The notes under the pieces are model-generated. The model saw only the letters and a list, made by a program, of their open reading frames with translations. It was not told the DNA's origin and ran no database searches. Shown here one piece after another: positions 59,510 through 64,000 of a stretch of DNA of 64,000 nucleotides. The DNA is from Promethearchaeota archaeon (lineage in GTDB: Archaea > Asgardarchaeota > Lokiarchaeia > Sigyniarchaeales > SOKP01): positions 21,977 to 85,976 of the forward strand of contig JBHLOC010000019.1 in assembly GCA_048940925.1 (NCBI GenBank), in the 5' to 3' direction. Both the position numbers and the translations under genes were made by a program. Position 1 is the stretch's first letter. Each line of letters begins with the position of its first letter.

Positions 59510-61498
59510 TTATTCTATAACTTTTAAAATATCACCATTTTCTTCTAACACTCTCGCAAACTCATAAACTTTGCTAGGATAAAAAGGATGGTGGAATTCT
59601 AATGTTAACATTGCACAAATTTCTTTAAGATTTAATGATGACCCTATAAAATTTAACATTTCTTGGACATCCCCTCCCCAAATATCTGGAGGTTCTGGAA
59701 CCTTGAACTTTTCATAATCTTCTGATAATAATATTGGAGTATAATATTTCAAATTCCTTCTCCCTACAAAATTTAAAACCCATTTTTGGTGAATATGATC
59801 TGGTTCTTTAATAAGATTAATGTCAATAGATGCCTGTTTACATAACTTACTCCAATAAGATAATAAGTCTCTTTTTAATTCTTCTAAATCCTTAACTCTT
59901 TCAAAAAATAATTTTTCAATTATTTGTGATGACGAATTAAGTTGCTTTACTGAATCTAAAATAGATTTTTCATAAGTGATAAAGGAATTTATTAAAGATT
60001 TCCCCATCAATGTAATCTCATTTTTTGACATTGAAGATGATGTATTTTCTTGAATGAGTTGGTTATAAAGAGCGAGTATTATTTCTTTTAATTTACCTAT
60101 CCGTTGGTAAAAATTAGCTTCTATAATAGGCCATATTGAAATTAATGTATCCTTGTTTTGTATTGAAAATAAATAACTAGTACAAAGAGCAATAGCAATA
60201 ATACGTTTTAGTTCTGTTGAATCACATTTTTCTATTGTGTCAAGGGAGCTATGCCAAAAAGGATCTTCATGTCCAATCATAATACCAGGAATACATAAAG
60301 GTTGTGTTACAAATACAACATGATCGCTTCCACCTGAATATGGAACTATTCGATATCGCATTTGCATTTGTGTGCCATTTATTGCTACACCCTGTGGGTG
60401 ATCTGCAATTATTCTCGTAAAATATTGAATTATATCATTTAAGATTGAAGGTCTTGAATAAGGTCCTAGACAAATATTACATGGAGTTCCGACATTTTTA
60501 GGATGTTCTCCAATCATGTCTAAATTTATGTTAAAAAGTGCATTTTTCACAATATATTCGTGTTCCTTAACCCAAGGAAAAGTTCCATGAAATTCAGGAA
60601 CCCAAAGAAATCTTATTGTTCGCAATGGGTGTTGCAATATGTTTTGCTTTATTAATGCTGTAAGTGAACGTGCTAATTCTAATAATCCTGCAGATCCACT
60701 TGCATTATCGTTTACTCCCGCTGCAGGGTGACAAATATGTGCTGTTAAAATAATCTCTTCATGAGGTTTTTCTATCCCTCTAATAGTAGCAGAAATTACT
60801 TCCAATTCCCCATCATAAATCTCAGCATCAATTTTAGCATATAATTTAACAGGTCCCTTTTTTAACAAATCTTTCAAGTATAATCCTTGTTCAAAGGGAA
60901 TACTAAACCCAAAAGATGTTTTTTCTAAATCTTCAGCTATAGCAGGAAATCTATTATATATAATCATACCTTTATAACCCGCTGCTCGCTCAGGACCGGG
61001 ATATACAATAACCCCTAATGCGCCCTTTTCTGCATATAATGGAGGAATAATGATTCGTGGAGCTTCCATTAAAACTATTTTCCCTTCTATATCTAATCCA
61101 TTGAAGTCTTCTTCTTTAACACCTTTCCCAACATCTATTAATTCTGCTGTTACATCACAACTCTTTGATCTTCCTACTATGCACATAGGAATATCCTGAA
61201 ATCGACATAAGATTTCTTTTTTTGGTTCGATCAGGCTTAATTCCCCTGATTTAATCTCCCAACTTTGAGTTACTATCCAATCCCAAGTTTTAGTTTTTCC
61301 GTCTGCAGGATATTTATAGACTTTTATTTCGTCCAAACCAAATGTTTCCAGTTCATTTACTACTCGTTCTATAATTTCATGATAATCGCTAGAACCTACA
61401 ACTCTATTATATTGCGAAATTTTTGCTACCCAATCTAAAGCGTATTTTCCACTAACTTCATTTAATACATCATCTATTAATTTAGAGATATCTTTCAT
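59510..61498 (-). CDS. M28-family peptidase with PA domain (DUF4910-like)
   Basis: TAHICHP..GVNDNASGS, WVPEFHGT, NLDMIG, GSDH, WHSSLD. Confidence 0.85.
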   Translation of the reverse strand: MKDISKLIDDVLNEVSGKYALDWVAKISQYNRVVGSSDYHEIIERVVNELETFGLDEIKVYKYPADGKTKTWDWIVTQSWEIKSGELSLIEPKKEILCRFQDIPMCIVGRSKSCDVTAELIDVGKGVKEEDFNGLDIEGKIVLMEAPRIIIPPLYAEKGALGVIVYPGPERAAGYKGMIIYNRFPAIAEDLEKTSFGFSIPFEQGLYLKDLLKKGPVKLYAKIDAEIYDGELEVISATIRGIEKPHEEIILTAHICHPAAGVNDNASGSAGLLELARSLTALIKQNILQHPLRTIRFLWVPEFHGTFPWVKEHEYIVKNALFNINLDMIGEHPKNVGTPCNICLGPYSRPSILNDIIQYFTRIIADHPQGVAINGTQMQMRYRIVPYSGGSDHVVFVTQPLCIPGIMIGHEDPFWHSSLDTIEKCDSTELKRIIAIALCTSYLFSIQNKDTLISIWPIIEANFYQRIGKLKEIILALYNQLIQENTSSSMSKNEITLMGKSLINSFITYEKSILDSVKQLNSSSQIIEKLFFERVKDLEELKRDLLSYWSKLCKQASIDINLIKEPDHIHQKWVLNFVGRRNLKYYTPILLSEDYEKFKVPEPPDIWGGDVQEMLNFIGSSLNLKEICAMLTLEFHHPFYPSKVYEFARVLEENGDILKVIE

Positions 61499-61584
61499 GT
61501 ATGAGCAACTTTGTAAAAAAACGAATTTATCAATTAATTTGATATTACACGCTATTAAAATATAAAATTTGCGTTCTCTAAGAA

Positions 61585-62556
61585 TTAATCAAAGAATGGG
61601 ATATTGTTAAAACTACCAAAACTTTGATTGTAACTTATAAGTTCTTTAGTATTCATATTAAAATCATATTGAATATACATCGCTCTTGAACGCACCATCG
61701 GCTCTAAAAAGAAAAATCTTATAGAGAATACACCATCATTTCTAAAAAATATTGGCAAAACAGTCCATTTTGCATAATAATAATTTTCCATGCATAATTC
61801 CATTCCTTTCTTAAAAATTTCCATTTCTAGTTGTTTGAGGTTTGAATTATTTTTATACATAATTTTAGGTCTCGAAATGTAAGATTTTTTTTCAAGACAT
61901 AAAGATAGGTTATTGTTTACAATCTCTTTTTCGAATATATAAAAATAAAATGGTAACACCCCAGGAAAATATTTTTGATTCTCATTAAGATGAAAGCTAA
62001 TCCAAACTTTTGTAATAATTCTGAAAATATAATAACCTATTATAAAATATGTATAAGAATTAATTACTAAGAACCACAGGGTTATATCAGGAAAAAAATT
62101 ATAGATTATTATAAGACTTGTTATAAATATCCAAGAAGTCAGTAATGTAAACGAGCTACCTGCCTTTTCGACATAAAAACAATATTCTTTTTTGGATAAT
62201 GGATAAAAACAGGGTATTTTTGTAGTAGTTAGTAAGTCAAGAGATACATGGATGCCATAAAAAATAATTCCTATAAGCCAGACAATTAAGAAGGATTGTT
62301 TAGTTAAAAGTGAATAAATTCCTCCTATAACCGTAGACATTATAATACCAATAAAATAAGAGTGAGAACCAGAACGATGTTCAAGATAGTTTGATTTGAA
62401 TTTTCGCTTTAATGGAGAGATGAATATATCCAAATCAGGTAAAACTGCAAAAAACATAGCATAAATCAAATAAGTAAATGTAACTTCTTTGAAAAAGAAA
62501 GTATACATCAGTGCTCCAAAAACTAAATGAGTGAAAAAGTCCATATATAAAATCAC
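61585..62556 (-). CDS. Membrane-bound metal-dependent hydrolase (YdjM/LexA-binding family)
   Basis: MDFFTH, LPDLD, HRSGSHS, HVSLDLLT. Confidence 0.85.
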   Translation of the reverse strand: MILYMDFFTHLVFGALMYTFFFKEVTFTYLIYAMFFAVLPDLDIFISPLKRKFKSNYLEHRSGSHSYFIGIIMSTVIGGIYSLLTKQSFLIVWLIGIIFYGIHVSLDLLTTTKIPCFYPLSKKEYCFYVEKAGSSFTLLTSWIFITSLIIIYNFFPDITLWFLVINSYTYFIIGYYIFRIITKVWISFHLNENQKYFPGVLPFYFYIFEKEIVNNNLSLCLEKKSYISRPKIMYKNNSNLKQLEMEIFKKGMELCMENYYYAKWTVLPIFFRNDGVFSIRFFFLEPMVRSRAMYIQYDFNMNTKELISYNQSFGSFNNIPFFD

Positions 62557-62590
62557 TATTGTTTATTTTTTTTTTCAATATCTGACATTT

Positions 62591-63475
62591 CTAATTTTTA
62601 GTTTTGTTACTATTCATAACTAAAGCATTCACAATACGTGGTATGAGCTCACGAGGAAAACTATGACCCATTCCGTCTAAAAGCAATAATTCTGCACCAG
62701 GTATTGTTGATGCAATTTCTTTACCAGCTTCAATAGAATTAAAGGGATCCTCTTTTCCATGAATAACGAGAGTAGGCGCTCTTATTGCAGAAATATAAGG
62801 TTGGATATTACCAGGAACAGCTGTTGCTGCCATTTGGCGAGCTATACCTTCAGGATAATAACTTCTATCGTATTCCTTTGTTCTGTACTCTCTCCCCTGG
62901 ACTTCATCATATTTAAAATTACCATAAATTAAATTATCGCGTTTAACCATTTCTTTGATATAAGCTTCACGTTCAGATGGGACTGGGGCAAAAAATTGTG
63001 CCATTATTTCTGGTTTTGCACGTGGTAAAGCAGGATTTCCTGTCGTGCTTATAATTACAGTTAGAGATAACACTCGAGAGGGATGTTTATATGCTAGTAT
63101 CTGTGCGATTATTCCGCCCATTGAAGCACCGCAAATGTGTGATTTCTTTATATTCAGAATATTTAAAACACCAATAGCATCATCAGCCATATCCTCTAAA
63201 GTATAGGGGAGTTTGGGTACTTCTCCACGATTATAGGCGGCGGCAACCTCCATCATGTCGGGTATTCCTGCTTCTTCAAATTTTGTTGATAACCCTACAT
63301 CCCGGTTGTCGAATCTGATGACAAAAAAACCATTTTCAGCTAGATTTTCACATATCTCATCCGACCAAGCAAGTAATTGACCACCCAATCCCGCTATTAA
63401 CAATAAGGGTTTTGAATTTGGGTCTCCAATTGTTTCATACTCAATTTCTATATCATTCACTTTCGCTTTTGGCAT
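62591..63475 (-). CDS. Alpha/beta hydrolase (esterase-like)
   Basis: RFDNRDVGLS, GASMGG (Ser nucleophile), HG.ED, GMGH. Confidence 0.9.
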   Translation of the reverse strand: MPKAKVNDIEIEYETIGDPNSKPLLLIAGLGGQLLAWSDEICENLAENGFFVIRFDNRDVGLSTKFEEAGIPDMMEVAAAYNRGEVPKLPYTLEDMADDAIGVLNILNIKKSHICGASMGGIIAQILAYKHPSRVLSLTVIISTTGNPALPRAKPEIMAQFFAPVPSEREAYIKEMVKRDNLIYGNFKYDEVQGREYRTKEYDRSYYPEGIARQMAATAVPGNIQPYISAIRAPTLVIHGKEDPFNSIEAGKEIASTIPGAELLLLDGMGHSFPRELIPRIVNALVMNSNKTKN

Positions 63476-63705
63476 AATATATGATTCTCATTTTTATTTT
63501 AAATCACATTTAATATATGTTATTTGATTAGAAAAATTTGTTTTTTATAAATTAAAAACAGGAAAATTGATGTAATATTGAATTGCTTTACTTAGTTTTC
63601 TTATGAATCTATATGATTCTGAGGATTATTTACAAAATAATGTATATTTTTAAATTTTTTTTTCAAATTAATATATTTGTTAAATTAAGCATTTAGATTA
63701 TAAAT

Positions 63706-64000
63706 CTAACATAAAATATCAGAAGAGACGTCTCTCAATGTCCTACAATTCGTCATTTTCATTGCCTTTAACAAAGTTTTTCTCATATAATCCATATGTA
63801 TTTGGACGCCTTTAATTCCTGCTCCCACCGAAGCACGGATAATGTCTCGACCTATTAGAACCGATTCAGCCCCAAGTGCGAGCATTTTTAACACATCATA
63901 TCCCGTACGGATTCCTCCATCAACAATAATTTTAATCTTCCCTTTAATTTCCTCTACAATACTAGGTAAAACTTCAGCAGTTCCAAGAGTATGATCTAAA
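63706..64000 (-). CDS. FMN-dependent alpha-hydroxy-acid dehydrogenase family, C-terminal part (5' end beyond window)
   Basis: Frame open to the window edge: LDHTLGTAEVLPSIVEEIKGKIKIIVDGGIRTGYDVLKMLALGAESVLIGR. Confidence 0.88.
   Translation of the reverse strand, partial: LDHTLGTAEVLPSIVEEIKGKIKIIVDGGIRTGYDVLKMLALGAESVLIGRDIIRASVGAGIKGVQIHMDYMRKTLLKAMKMTNCRTLRDVSSDILC

Overview
AT-rich archaeal chromosomal window. Gene content points to an Asgard archaeon of the Lokiarchaeia type (Loki-CTERM-like IPGY sorting signal, SDS22-like LRR, HdrB, archaeal tRNA methylthiotransferase, heliorhodopsin); this is an inference, not a taxonomic test. Housekeeping and metabolic genes include CorA, HdrB, two AlaX editing proteins, a class II RNR with an ATP cone, GdhA, two aconitases and a partial TCA cluster (gltA-acn-ndh-korAB-sdhAB-fumC remnant). 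The strongest unusual signal is a 29-nt insertion (38061-38089, minus strand) that interrupts a DUF6125-like gene and folds with its flanks into a canonical bulge-helix-bulge. Cleavage at the BHB-predicted positions exactly restores a 173-aa reading frame, so it is a candidate mRNA intron for the tRNA splicing endonuclease, and a free-standing two-motif LAGLIDADG gene ends 3 nt upstream of that gene. Second, there are three copies (split, fused, partial) of a membrane-anchored left-handed beta-helix A/B/C module resembling the C1-C2-C3 condensation region of Pls/PosA homopolyamide synthetases, with no adenylation or carrier domain in the window. Also present: a surface protein with a nucleotide-identical internal duplication enclosing a divergent 81-bp segment, several small ORFs missed by the ORF track, and several pseudogene remnants. 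No rRNA, tRNA or CRISPR array was recognised.
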